From Podarcis filfolensis (Eukaryota), in assembly GCA_964270895.1 (NCBI GenBank), contig OZ185444.1: 64,000 nt of DNA. One strand, 5' to 3'. The notes below the pieces were generated by a model. The model saw only the letters and a program-made list of their open reading frames with translations. It was not told the DNA's origin and did no database searches. Shown here in pieces: positions 12,053-25,079 of this stretch (its first letter is position 1; each line of letters opens with the position of its first letter). The translations under genes were made by a program, and so were the position numbers.

Positions 12053-12865
12053 GGCTAGACTCTCAGCATCTCTGAGTGTACCTCCCAAATATCAAGTCTT
12101 GTCAGTCAAGTTCCTCCCACTCCCCTTGGTATGGGATTCAGATTTCTTGCTACTTATTAAGGTTTTATCTATATTTAGTACTATATACATAGTCCATTGT
12201 GTGGTGGATGCACATTGGATATATGTGGTTTTATCCAACACATGCATTTTGTACTGTGCCCTGGTTTCGGCTGCACGTAGAATGCATCGTTGACATTTCT
12301 AAGTGTGCTGCAGGCTGGCGTAATTGCAGCTGTGACCATAATGTGATCGTAGCTGTGACAGCGTTGGGTTATTTTTTTCCAAGGAAAGAAAGGAATGAAG
12401 GATGGATGGATGGATGTACAGAAGGAAATAAGGAAGGAAGGGACGCCCTGGAATTATATATGATCATATACCCCCATGTGATTGTTGTCATTAATAGTAA
12501 GGTTTGACCAAAGCTTTTTGTGGCAACGGAAATGTCTACATACAATACTACTATGAAATGAATCAATACATAAATCTTGAGCTGCTTCTTGGGTGTTTTT
12601 TGTCTGCATATTCATTTACAAAATTTCATGCACCACTTGATTGCAAAAAACCAATGACCTCAAAGCGGGTTGCAAAGCAGTCCCTTAGTGCAGCGGTTGC
12701 ACACAGTAGTCCTCATGCTATCTGAGATTCTATGCAAATGTTTATAAACATGATGACTGATTTCTTTTTGTAGACAGGCATCTAGGAAATGTTGACAAAT
12801 GCAAACCTTGCATCTAATAGTGATCATAACTGTAGTGTGTGTGTGTATCTGTACTACTGTGATTA

Positions 12866-13106
12866 CAGTGGCACCTTGGGTTACAAACGTTTTGGATTAC
12901 AAACACTTCGAGTTACAAACTCCGCTAACCAGGAAGTAGTACCTCGGGTTGAGAACTTTGCCCCAAGATGAGAACAGGAATAGTGTGCCGGTGGCGCGGC
13001 AGCAGCGGGAGGCCCCATTAGCAAAAACACGCCTCAGGTTAAGAATGGTTTCGGGTTAAGAACGGACCTCCAGAACGAATTAGGTTCGTAACCTGAGGTA
13101 TCACTG
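12866..13106. mobile_element. Tc1/mariner (Tigger-like) MITE
   Basis: TA-flanked TIRs CAGTGGCACCTTGGGTTAC / GTAACCTGAGGTATCACTG; same family as 265-490. Confidence 0.85.
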
Positions 13107-14499
13107 TATTGAGTGTCAGGCAGTTTGTGAAAACTCTTTCTCTTGGGGTCAGTCATATGTTTACAGTAAAGAGGGATTCTGGCAGAAAGCAGGTCAATAG
13201 CCTTTTCAAATTGATTCAGGGAACATTTTGATCTTCTATTAAGCTCAGATAAGGCCTATCATCAGTAACAACAGAATATGCCCATCACAGATCTCTCAGT
13301 ATCTTTATTTTGATGATTGCCTAGTAGGTAAAAGCCAGCAATCTGTAAGGAATCCATCAACTGCCTACAATTTTCTTGGCTTGGAGTCACTTTCATCTAT
13401 AGTGTTTGTCGGCTTAAAAAAACTAAAAACACCAACATAGGGTCATGTTCAAAGTGCTTTTCAGGCTTCTGTAAATTTCAGCTGCCTTTTAATTACTTTT
13501 TAGTTGTCACAGTGCATTGTTCAATGCTGTGTTAAACAACCCTACCCTTGATGTCATAACATAAAGCTTGATCAGGGTATCAGTGTGCTTATATGGGTTT
13601 CTTGATGAGGAACAGATATGCCTACATCTGGGCTTGGATCTCAAGCTGTTGATGTGCCCAAGTCACTCATTCTAAAGTGTCCTTTCACAGTTTGCACCTG
13701 TGAGATTTGCAATTGGTACCATGGACACCACAACCTGATGTCGTTAGCTTTCTGCTGTCAGGAGAGAATGATTTATTTATTTTTAAGCCAACTTGCTTCT
13801 CCATCCTCTTGCTAGGAATCCTTGCTGTTACTGAAGGAAGGCCTCTGAGATGCCTTGATTGTCTCCCAGTGGCCTGGGTCACCTGACTCACTTGTTTGTT
13901 TGGATTGCTCTGTTCCCGGAGGTCACAATGGTGTTTTTGTTTTGTGTGAGAGTCTCCGGCACTTCCACTAACAGATTGCCTGGGTGCAGCTGAGCCTACA
14001 GTGAGAACCAAGGCAAGGGTAGAAAAAGGAAAGAAAATCCAACCAGTGGTTTCCCTCCCAGACCAAATCAGAGTACATTTCAGTCAACGGTCATGGGTTT
14101 TCTTCATTAAATTTCCCTCCAATTGCATCAGCGTTTCCTTTAGATGTAGCTCCATTTCTTTCCAGACGAAATGCAAGGTTGTTGAAAAGCTGCTTTACAC
14201 ACACCAGAGGTGTCAGCTTGCAATGGATATTGCGGGTGCCTGGCGTTGCATGGGTGACATCACACGTGCAACACACGACACACACACACGTGACATCATG
14301 TGTGCATTGTCGCATCTTCGGGAAGAGGCCGAGTGCGGAGCTGAACGCAGCTTGGCTACAATGGCCGGTGACTCCTCCTTTCATGGCAGGAGGAAGAGGA
14401 GCTGGCCACTGAAGCAACACCACGCTCATCTCAAGAAGACCCTTATGGGGTCTTCAGCCACGGGATCACATTCATCCAGTGCTATACCAGCTGTGCTGG

Positions 14500-15087
14500 C
14501 TCTTGGTACAGGATCAGGTTTAAGGTGTTGGTTTAAACCTTTAAAGCCCCATCCGGCCTAGGACCCCCATACCTACAGGACCGTCTCTCCTGGTACACCT
14601 GCCACGGAGGACCTTACGGTCTGCAAATAATAATACCTTGGAGATCCCGGGCCTCAGAGAGATTAGGCTCACCTTGACCAGGGCCAGGGCCTTTGCAACC
14701 TTGACCCCAGCCTGGTGGAACACTTGGCCACAAGAGATCAGGGCCCTGCAGGATTTGACATCTTTCCGCAGGGCCTGCAAGATGGAGTTGTTCCGCTAGG
14801 CCTTTGATCGGGGCTCAGCCTGACTCCCCTTTTCTTTTTGTATAAGAACTAATATGAAAGAGACCTCCCAGCATTCTCACAGGCCCATACAAGATCAGCG
14901 TAAACAGGTGGGCCGGTGAGCACTTACTGTTCCCAACCCTAACCCTGTGAAAAGCCATCTAATTAGACTTTAATTTGATTTTGACCTGTTTTTAGGAGGT
15001 AATTTAATTATTGTTTGATTTTATACCAATGTTATATATCTGATGTTAGCTGCCCTGAGCCCGGGGAGGGCGGTATATAAATAAAAG

Positions 15088-15139
<52 letters not shown>
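14500..15139 (+). mobile_element. L2-clade LINE 3' fragment with (GTT)n tail
   Basis: Degenerate frame resembling RIRFKVLV..FKA..GLGPPYLQDRLSWY...RARAFATLTPAWWNTWP (L2 ORF2 C-terminus), then a 3' UTR ending gccctgagccc...gggcggtatataaataaaa and (GTT)n at 15087-15139. Confidence 0.8.
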
Positions 15140-15687
15140 CATCTCCACACTTGCCCTCCTCCAGACCCTCAGCGTTGTGGGGGAACCTCCCAAAAGATAT
15201 TGGGTGGATCCAAAACAGCTCTAACCCCATGCGTTGGCAGATAGCCACACAAAAGAAAAATAGTGGGGGGGGGGGATTTCCCTCATCAGAGTTCAACATG
15301 TAAGCCAGTGGTGCTGTTGGACTACAGCTCCCAAGCAACACTAACTGTTGGCCATGCTGGCTAGGGCTGATGGGAATTGGAGTCCTGGGGGGCACCATAT
15401 TGACCTCCAGTGGTCTAAGCATACTTACTTTCCTACGGAAACAAATCCTCAATCCAAACCAGCAGCTTCCAGGCATAGTCTGTATATGTATGAATTACGT
15501 GTGACTGTGTGAATGAACTATGTGTGAATGTGTGCTACTTTGTAGTGAGTTTCCTCCCTTCCCCTTTTAAAAATATCCTAGTCCAGTGTACCAGGGGTGT
15601 GGTGGGGGCTGCTTGTTGGAACAACATCTTAGTTAGTGGTTTACAAATGATTCCAAATAAATAATGTGGGGAATCTGAGGTCACACT

Positions 15688-16090
15688 AATAACAACAATT
15701 TTATTATTTACATGCCACCCATCTGACTGGGTTGCCCCGGCCACTCTGGGTGGCTTCCAACAAAATATTAAAACACAAAAACCATAAACATTAAAAACCT
15801 CCTTGTACAGGGCTGCCTTCAGATGTCTTCTAAAAGTCAGATAGATGTTTATTTCCTTGACATCTGATGGGAGGGCATTCCATAGGGTGGGTGCGACTAC
15901 GGAGAAGGCCCTCTGCCTGGTTCCCTGTAACCTCACTTCTCACAGTGAAGGAACCACCAGAAGGTCCTCGGAGCTGGATCTTTGTGTCTGGGCTGAATGA
16001 TAAGGGCGGAGATGCTCCTTCAGATAGACAGGGCTGAAGCCATTTGGGACTTTAAACACTCAGAAACATACTGGGAACCAATGGAGATCT
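15688..16090 (-). mobile_element. L2-clade LINE 3' fragment
   Basis: Minus-strand frame RLQGTRQRAFSVVAPTLWNALPSDVKEIN..FRRHLKAALY; AAT-type tail at left. Confidence 0.85.
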
Positions 16091-19012
16091 CTTAGAACCA
16101 GACTAGAGGAAGTCCAAGCTGCAGTTACATCCTATGCCAGCCCTCTCCTGTTCTCAGGATAGGCAGAGCTGGCATGAAAAAGAGCCACGCCATAGATCTG
16201 TAAGAGCATAGATGTTCCAGGTGAGCATCCAGATGACTTTGCACAGGAACAAGCTATATTGTTGTGGCTAAATGTAATGCTGGGACATGGCCTAAATCCC
16301 ATTAATTTTAGTGGAGGAGATTTAAGCACATACTTAATTCTCCCATTGAAATAGATGAGCCTTAACAGTGCTTAACTTTGGCTGGAGTATGCCCTATCAT
16401 TATAATTAAATTACAGGGATACACTGTCTACCACACTTAGCAGAAAGGACAATTTAAGATAATAGCTCAGTCATATTTCAAAGCTCATTCCACCCTGTTC
16501 TGCCTTGCCTCTGGAATGTGTATGTCAAAGAGATCCAGATATTCTTATATCTGGCATATTAGAATTATGGTTGTCTTGGTGGTAGGCAGAAGTCACTGTA
16601 GAGCTGTTGCAATTGAGCAACAGAGATGCATTTTAAAGAAAGTTGCCAGTTCATTGGGATGACTTTCTCCATTTGTTCCCAAATCCTCTTGGCCGTGATC
16701 TGCAACTATTTTACTGGAGGATCACTTTGAGGAAAGCCAAAGTTTCCTTGACAGAGTTTGGATTTCCTGAGCACTTTTGTGATTATTCGTCTGATGAGGT
16801 TTGAGGCTGCTGTTTGCCGGAAACTCCACCGACTTTTGAGAGTTGGGCTGGTCCCATGATGCTTCCATTGAGTTGGTTAATTACTGTAACTCAGGGTAGT
16901 TCTTTCCATCCATGGAAGCAGAAAATAACCCTGCTGTGGGTATTTACAGAAAGAACATTACAAGCAGGCATTAGGCAATACTTGTCAGCCTCAAGGGCAG
17001 TACTGGTAATTTAGGATCCCGAAATATGTGACTATATATAGGCCATTTCAGTTGACTTGGTTGACTTCAGTTGACTTTCAGTTGACTTTAGTTAATTTGG
17101 CCTGCCACTTCAGGGGGTGAGTGCAAGCACTGAGTTTCTTTTTTTTAAGGGGAGGGGCTTCCACAGGACATCTGCAGTTGCCCCCCCCCCCGGTGGTTCT
17201 ACCCCAGGGGTAAGTAAGCTCAGGCCTAGAGGCAGGCCTCCCTATCTGCCTCTCAGCCATCTCCCTCACCAGTCCTGCTGTGCAACCTCCTTGACTGCCT
17301 TTTCCTGGCTGGAATGTGGTGTTGAGTCACGACCCTGCCTCCTGCTTGCCTGGATGTGTCTGGGCATGTGAGCCAAACCCTGTGGATTTTGCATGGCTGG
17401 TATTTGCTTAGTGTACAAAGATAAGAGCTATATCCATTGCCCCCCCCATTTATATGTAAGCCTACCCACTTTTGCCTCTGGTCACACTCACCATGGCCAT
17501 GAGGCTTCCAGAAAGTTGCCCATGAGAGAATGCCACCTTTGGTCTGGAAAACTCTACCAGCATCTTGCTGTTCTTGCCAGCTGCTGCTGCTGCTGCTACT
17601 CTACTTCCTCATTCCTAACACCTGCTTGCTTGCCCAGTGGAGCCAGCGAGGAAGCACACAATGACAGCTACTCTTCCTCTTCCTCACCACTGCTATCCTT
17701 TGCAAGCTCATTCCCTCTGGGCCAGAGGGAGGTGCATATGAACACACAGGATGCAATGGTGAAAAGCAAGAGAAGGTCCAGGGGACTCTTGTCAGTAGAC
17801 CCCTTGTTGGGGTACCGATCCTAGGCAAGGGCCTGTTCATGCTGACCCTTGACCCCAGCCCATGAAGGTGGTTGGTCCCCATGTGCACCATCTTTAATCA
17901 TTTCAATCAACTGCATAGCTTTGCGTTGCCTGCACACTGCTGTGGCGAGATGTTCATGTGGTTGAAATTAGTCCTGGCCATGCGACAAGTTCAACATGCA
18001 GTACATCTGGATGTCTGGCCAAATGATCAATTACTGCCTTCTCTGGCCAGATTAGCTTATTGTGATCGGTGGCGGAGTTAATCATTTTTTTCTTCCCTAC
18101 ACAAGCTGGCCCGACAACAGACAAATCACTTGGCTGTCCAGCAAGTTGTAGTTATGCATTATTTACAGAGCTTTGAAAATTCTCTAGGTGCTGTGCGAGA
18201 ACCAGCAAACAACACTGGCTCCGTCTGCAGGCTTGAAATGTAGTACATGCCGCACATGGGGGGGGGGGGGGAAGAATCAAGGCAAAAAGGAAAACTATCA
18301 AATCCAGGCAGTGGCTCTTAACAGTTGTAATGTGCATTGACTGCTACTGAATGGCCAGCACTGTTCATTCTTACTTACCATTCTTCCCCCATTCTTAGCA
18401 ACCTTTCTGTGCTAAGAATGGGTTACGGTACTTCTGATTTATTTATTACATTTGTATTCCATTTATTTATTACATTTGTATTTGTATTATTGTATTTATT
18501 AATTACATTTGTATTTGTATTACTCCCACCCCCCTTCTCATCCACACATTGGCCAGATCCAGACTAGCTTAGCTTCATCAAGCTGGTGCTGGAGAACACA
18601 ATCCTTGACACACTAAATACAAAAAAAAAACCCAACTAGGTCTAAGGAAACTTAATATATTTATTTAACATATATATGCAAGAGTACAGTATCTGGCTGA
18701 TGGCCAATAGGATATGCAATAATAACTGGGTAATCTTGTATGGTTTTACATTTCTATGCATTTGCAGTGTGTTATAACTTCTCCTTGTGCAGAAGGAGAA
18801 GCTGTCCAAATATTCCACTGATAAAAGGCTCTGGAGAGTCAGAATATGTTGGGCAGGGCATTTGGAATGCAGTTTCTACTATCAGTCTTTAGTTGTGTTT
18901 TATATCGTTTCTAAAGTTAAGTTTCGTGGTTTCTCTTACATGCCTTTGAAGTGCCTCAAGACTTACCGGTAGGTGAAAGGTGATTCATAAATGAAACACA
19001 ATAATAACAATC

Positions 19013-19013
<1 letters not shown>

Positions 19014-19055
<42 letters not shown>
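19014..19055. repeat. (TCA)n microsatellite
   Basis: Direct reading. Confidence 0.95.
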
Positions 19056-19327
19056 TGACAGGACTCCCTCCAAGGGAATCTCAGCCTTGATCCTTCAAAC
19101 ATTCATTGTCTTGAAGTCCAGCTGGTGGGTTGGGGATAATCCGAATAAATCCATAGCTCTCCCCCATCAGTGTCTCAGAAGCCCCTTCACTATTGCTGGG
19201 TTCCGAATTCCTGAAGAGGGCTTGTGTTCAAAACCCAGGTTTGCTAAGTTAGCACACTTGAAAAATGAAGGAGTGATTCTCATGGCGGTGCAAAAAAGGG
19301 AAATTTGCCCATGTTGATTCACTAGGT

Positions 19328-19463
19328 CAGTGATGGCCAAACTTGGCTCGCCAGCTGTTTTGGGACTACAACTCCCATCATCCCTAACTAACAGGACCAG
19401 TGATCAGGGATGATGGGAATTGTAGTCCCAGAACAGCTGGAGGGCCAAGTTTGGCTGTCACTG
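19328..19463. mobile_element. Palindromic hAT (Charlie-like) MITE
   Basis: Long TIRs CAGTGATGGCCAAACTTGG...CCAAGTTTGGCTGTCACTG; TSD CACTAGGT / GACTAGAT (6/8); same family as 44324. Confidence 0.85.
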
Positions 19464-20764
19464 GACTAGATGATTCCGTAAAGCCAATTTGCAATAATGC
19501 AAGTCATCTTGTCAAATCCTATGAAATCTTGACTGCTGCTGCATCATACCAGCCGCTTCATGGCTTTCATACCTGCCTGACCCTGAAGGTTCTGCATTTC
19601 TTCCTTGTGCTCTGCAGAAAAAGCTGCAGCAAAGCAATGATTTAGTTTCTGGACAATCTCTTTATCCCCTTTGATTGCCCCTCCATAGCTTCCCAGTCTT
19701 GTCGGCCCACCATCTCTCCCACAAGGCATCTTATTTCTGGTGTACTTAAAGAAATCCTTATGACTTGTCGGCCTGCATTTGCCTCCTCGTTCTTCAAATT
19801 TGCTACTAGGCTTCTCTTAAATCTCCAATTTACATTTTGCCTGCCAACGTTGCTCCTTTCCATCAGCATCACTTGGGCTGGATATCCAATTTCTTTTTAG
19901 AAGGGGACCTTTTCTTTTTTTTTACTTTCTTTCTTTGACTGCATAAGTTCTAATTTTCAGTACCATCTCTGCTTGCTAGGAGGCAAGTGCTGGTTTCATA
20001 ACTCAATTAGGATGCCCTTCATGGCACATTTCTGAACCTTTATCGCATCATTTCCCCCCCCCTCCATTGTTCACTAATGTGTTAAGTAATTATTATAAAA
20101 TCATGGAGCCCAACATGCCGCACTGTGAAGTCTTAGAACATTCCTGCGTGGCCAAGGATGCCAGGCCTATGTGTTTATCAAGGACTGTCCCCGCTTACCA
20201 CCTTAATTTCAAGGAGGGTTGCATTACTTAATGAATTGTGCTCTGTGGGTGTTGTGTGCATTTTTCAACTTCATGCTAAATTCCTGATGTGGCCCTCAAT
20301 AGAGACCTGATTCCAAGCCCCAGTCATCCCTCCAGTTAAGGAGTTGCAATGTTAGGTTATCCCAATGGAGGTTTGGCAGTTATAAGAAAAACTTTAAATG
20401 TTTTTGTAAAAATAAAAATCACATTATGATGACAGACAGCACTAATCCAGTGTCCATTCACAGCATTCTACCTAAAAGCTGCTTAAGATAGTCTGTTGAG
20501 TACGGGGGGGGGGGATCTGTCTGCTAAGTCCATTCCAATCCAATTATCTTGCTTATAAAGAAACACAAAAAGAGAATACTTAAGGAAGAACTTGTCGAGA
20601 AGAAACTGGACCATGAACAGTTTCCGTTGTAGATTTTCAAAGATTTAAATTTCCACTGGATCTTTAATAGTTTTGAGTCCTGTCTTTGTACCTGCACTTT
20701 CTTAAGTGCTGCTGGGTGGGTGGGTGACTGAATATTTGAAACAAAACACAGCCATCGTTTGAAA

Positions 20765-20995
20765 CGAGCACTTCTCTAAATTTTGTAATAATTCTCCAGC
20801 CAAGTAATATGTACAAAAATGCATCGTATTAGGGAAAATTGCATACAAAAAAATGTGTATATTAGGATAAATTTGCAATGAAATGATGATGAATGTTCAG
20901 GAAAACTTTTTTTTTTTTAAATCACAAACTGGAACTGAACTCAATATTGGAAAAATGAGAGAACCCGCAATGGTCAGATTCATCCATTCTCATTT
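20765..20995 (+). mobile_element. Remnant of the hAT family seen at 8491-9484
   Basis: Shares ctccagccaagtaat...ttaggggaaaattgcata...gattcatccatt with 9140-9480. Confidence 0.5.
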
Positions 20996-21247
20996 GCTAT
21001 TGTAACAACTCTTGGGAGATCTAGATCTGCTATAAGTCATGGTTTTTGCTGCCCCCCATGTCCTGCTACTCAGCATGCTTAGTGTGTAAAGGGGATGGAT
21101 GGGGGGCTCCCTCGCACCAGTGCACATATCTGCTTTTACAATGAAAGGGAACATTCACTTGAGAGTGAATGCAATGGTATTTTAGGAAACATCATGAAAT
21201 GCAGATGTGCAAAGCCCTGTAAAACCCCCAGAAGCTCACCAGATATA

Positions 21248-21509
21248 CAGTATTTTTCACTCTATAAGATGCACCAGACCACAAGACGCACCTACTTTTT
21301 GGAGGAGGAAAACAAGAAAAAAAAAATATTCTGAATCCCAGAAGCCAGAACAGCAAGAGGGATCACTGCGCAGTGAAAGCAGCAATCCCTCTTGCTGTTC
21401 TGGCTTCTGGGATAGCTGCGCAGCCTGCATTCGCTCCATAAGACGCACACACATTTCCCCTTACTTTTTAAGGAGGGAAAAAGTGCGTCTTATAGAGCAA
21501 AAAATACGG
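21248..21509. mobile_element. Tc1/mariner (Tc2/pogo-like) MITE with internal perfect hairpin
   Basis: TA-flanked TIRs CAGTATTTTTCACTCTATAAGATGCAC / GTGCGTCTTATAGAGCAAAAAATACGG. Confidence 0.85.
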
Positions 21510-21791
21510 TAGTTGCTCCTCTTCATGGTGGCTATTTTACCAACAATCCCTGTAGAATCATGGCACTAATATTGCTCTGGTGAGTGTTTTGGTGGTACGG
21601 GAGATAGCCCTGTAGCTGGCACTGAGAAGTACCTTTTTTAAAACCTGGAAGTCCCTGTTACAGTGATGCCACATCATCCCATAGTGGTGTTTTATGGAGA
21701 TTGTGTGGGCTAGCAAGAGATGTCAGAACTCTGTTCAGACATGGTGAACCCGGTATCTGGAATCTAGTCCTTGCTCATCCAAACTGAAAAA

Positions 21792-21930
21792 NNNNNNNNN
21801 NNNNNNNNNNNNNNNNNNNNNNNNNNNNNNNNNNNNNNNNNNNNNNNNNNNNNNNNNNNNNNNNNNNNNNNNNNNNNNNNNNNNNNNNNNNNNNNNNNNN
21901 NNNNNNNNNNNNNNNNNNNNNNNNNNNNNN
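21792..21930. other. Assembly gap (139 N)
   Basis: Run of N. Confidence 1.
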
Positions 21931-22025
21931 CTTCCAACAAAAGATTAAAAACACCATACATTAAAACATCAGTCATTAAAAACTTCCCAAAACAGAGCTG
22001 CCTTCAGATGTTTTCTAAAAGTCAG
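21931..22025 (-). mobile_element. L2-clade LINE 3' fragment abutting the gap
   Basis: cttccaacaaaagattaaaa...gagctgccttcagatgttttctaaaagtcagg matches the copies at 15740 and 35685. Confidence 0.7.
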
Positions 22026-22164
22026 GTAGTTGCTTTTTCTTCATTTCTTATGAATGAGGCGGCAAAGAGGATGGGTGGGATTTCAGCCCTGCCTTGGGTA
22101 TACACAGTTACTCTGAGTTACATGTAACTATTACAGGCTAGAATTCTAACAGCACAACCTGCGG

Positions 22165-22531
22165 GAATACCAGTGGACAACAAAAAAGGCTTAAAGACAT
22201 TCTCAAGGCAAATCTTTAAAAATGTAGTTTAAGCACGGATAACTGGGAAACATTGGCCTACAAGTGGTTCAACTGGAGAACAGCCTTTAACAAAGGTGTC
22301 GTGGACTTTGAAGAAGCCAAACTCAGGGCGAAAAGGAGAAATGAGCTAAGAGGAAGGCACATTTGGCAAAACCTCACCGTGATCAACTCCCACCTGGAAA
22401 CCTATGTCCCTATTGTGGAAGGATGTGTGGATCCAGAACTGGCTTCCACAGTCACTTACAGACTCAAAGTTAAGACCATGTTCATGGAAGACAATTTTAC
22501 TTGGCTACAAGTCATCGCCAAAGAAGAAGAA
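22165..22531 (+). mobile_element. RTE-clade LINE 3' fragment
   Basis: Frame LCPYCGRMCGSRTGFHSHLQT (C-terminal Cys/His motif of RTE ORF) and (GAA)n tail; homologous to 24399-25079. Confidence 0.8.
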
Positions 22532-24398
22532 TGGACAGCACCAGTAAACTACACATCTAAATTTAAAAGTTTGGAGAAATAATTATTTCCAGTAATGTCC
22601 AATTTATTGTACTTTTAAAGATTTATTTCTGGTTATTTATTATCTATGAAAAAGCCAAATTTGTGTTTATGCAATCCCAGTGACAGGAAGAGTTATAGCA
22701 GGGACTTCTGTGTCCACATTCTTCCCCATTCGTTGGAATAGTGGAGTAAATTTCCACTTGGAATTTTCTCTCCATCAAAATGAGGAATTATTTCCTTCCC
22801 CCTTCTGTATGCTTACCTGACTTACTCAAGATGGCAAAAGGGTGTTTGTGAGAATCCTTTCTTTCATTCTGCAAATCACCTCATCAGCAGTTCATGCAAT
22901 GCAGCCTTCCCAGGTGCCTGTGCTGCACTGAAAGCCCAGGGGATGCCGTCATGAGAGAACTCTCATGGGGATTTTTCAGATCAGATCAGAAAGCATGGGC
23001 AGCTGGTGAGGCTGCAAAGTTTGGGGCAAGTATTTACTGAGAAGAAAAAATGTGCTACCTTGCACTGATAAGCTGAGAACACTTGCATCCACAGAAATTT
23101 GGAGGAAATTCTAAAGCGCCATGGGAAATAACGAACTGTTTTGCAGGGGTGGATAACGTCTGAAAAATTGGAGATTTTGGCATGACATGAATTTGAGCAT
23201 CAAAAATGCTTAATTGGGTTTATGACATACTCATGCAAACAGGGAAGTTGCCTCACCTTCTTGGTTTGTTGTTGAATGAAGCCCTTGATTTATAAGGAGG
23301 ACTGCATTCTTACCAGTATGTCCTTTTATTTCCTTTCTCAGATCACATAACTTCCTGCATGAAGTCATCTTTTTCTCTCCCATGTTCTCTTCCCCCCTTT
23401 CCCCTCCCTCCATCTCTTTCTCCCCCTTCCCCTCTCTTACGATTTGCTTTTCCAGTCGTACTTCTCTCTGGGTCTCTCACTCAGTGATGAATGAGTTTCA
23501 TTCATCTTTCTCTCTGTTTTTTTTTTTTTTTTGGTGTGAAAAGCTTTAGACTTCACTTGCTCCCATTTTTCCCTACTCGCTATTCATTGCCATGGTGACG
23601 GAGAAAGAAGGGGGTGGCAGAGTGGGTGGCAATGGGGTTGGAGGTCAAGAGTGGCCACTTTCTGAATTAAAGCTTTGAATTCCATTAGAGGTGGCACAAT
23701 GTAACCTAGAGTAACTCTCCAAGAAATTGGCTGTCAAAAGAATCAAAGCAAAAAAAAAGGGGGGGGAGAGATGGAGGGAGGAGACGAAGGGGGAAGAGAT
23801 CAGGGAGAGGGAACGTTAAGCCCTTGCCGTCTCTGTCAGGATTACATTTGGCGACTTAATAGAGACGTGATTCATTTGTGTAGCCATGTGCCATGTTTCG
23901 GCGGCCCAACTCTTCAAGTCTGCTCCCGAGTGATGGAGAGTCCTTCCTTGACAATGCTAACAGATCTCATTTCTTCAAGTGGAGATTAGGGATGGTGGTG
24001 TGTGTGTGTGTGTGTGTGATTTGGCTTGCATCCCATTCACAGTAGCCACATTCGCACCATTCATTTAAAGCAGTATGAAACCGCTTTAAACACTAGTGAC
24101 TTTCCCCAAAGAATTCTGGGATGTTTACTTTGTTAAGGGTGCTGAGAACTGCTGGAAATCCCTATTCCCCTCCCAGAGCTACAGGCCAAATGTGCCCCCC
24201 CCAATGCCTCTATATCTATCCTTTAAGACTCTTCATAAATCACACCCTCTCTCCAGGTCATGCCCCTCACTAACCTTGCTTCTCCTTTTCCCCAACCAGA
24301 ATGTGTCTTGAACTGAAACAATGCCTTTTGCTAGTTTGAATGGGGAGGTGTGTGGTTGTGGTTGTGATGTATAAAGCTTTGACATGGCTGCAATGCAG

Positions 24399-25079
24399 GA
24401 CATTCGCAGGGAAACCAAAATGCTTGTTTACCAAGCTCTTGTACTATGTTTGCTTGTGAAACATGGACCACTTATAAATGCCATCTCCAACTCCTTGAAA
24501 GATTCCATCAATGGTGTCTCTGAAAAATTTTACACATCACCTGGGAAGAAAGGTGAACTAATGCCAGTGTAATGGAAGAAGCAAAGATAACCAGTGTTAA
24601 AGCAATGACTCTTCAACATCAACTTCGTTAGACTGGTCATGTTGTGCAGATGCCTAATTATTGTCTTCCAAAGCAACTACTCTATTCTGAACTTAAAAAT
24701 GGTAAGCACAATGCTGGTGGTCAACAAAAGAGGTTCAAAGACCCTCTGTAGGCAAATCTAAAAAAAAAATGTTGTATAAAGACCAGCAAATGGGAAACAC
24801 TGGCCTGCAAGCACTCCAATTGGAGAACAGCCTTTACCAAAGGTGTCATGGGTTTTGAAGATGCTTGAACTCGGGAAGAAAGGAAGAAATGCGCTAAGAG
24901 GAAGGCACACTTGGCAAACCTTCACCATAATCAACTCCAACCCAGAAACCTATGTCCTCACTGTGGAAGGACATGTGGATCCAGAACTGGCCTCCACAGT
25001 CACTTACCGGCTCACTTTTAAAACCGTGTTTATGGAAGACAATCTTACTCGGCTACGAGTGATCGCCAAGGAAGAAGAA
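24399..25079 (+). mobile_element. 5'-truncated RTE-clade LINE, degenerate
   Basis: Frameshifted ORF DIRRETKMLVYQ...GHVVQMP..LPKQLLYSELKNG..AGGQQKRFKD...LCPHCGRTCGSRTGLHSHL; (GAA)n tail; long flanking duplication (24366-24398, 25080-25112). Confidence 0.9.

Noticed and set aside
7510-12830. Acceptor-like sites at ~7533, ~11534 and ~12773 as extra PTN exons
   Set aside because: Polypyrimidine-AG motifs lack strong paired donors or coding signal; cannot be supported without RNA data.
14001-14561. 186-aa ORF, the longest in the track
   Set aside because: No recognisable domain; spans unique, simple-repeat-like and L2 sequence; no splice support.
17045-18520. Short tandem arrays (ttcagttgac at ~17047; tattacatttgtat at ~18440) as CRISPR-like or functional arrays
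   Set aside because: Adjacent degenerate units without unique spacers in a vertebrate intron; ordinary slippage repeats.
21792-21930. ORFs spanning the N run
   Set aside because: Artefacts of the assembly gap; the true gap content, probably the rest of an L2 tail, is unknown.
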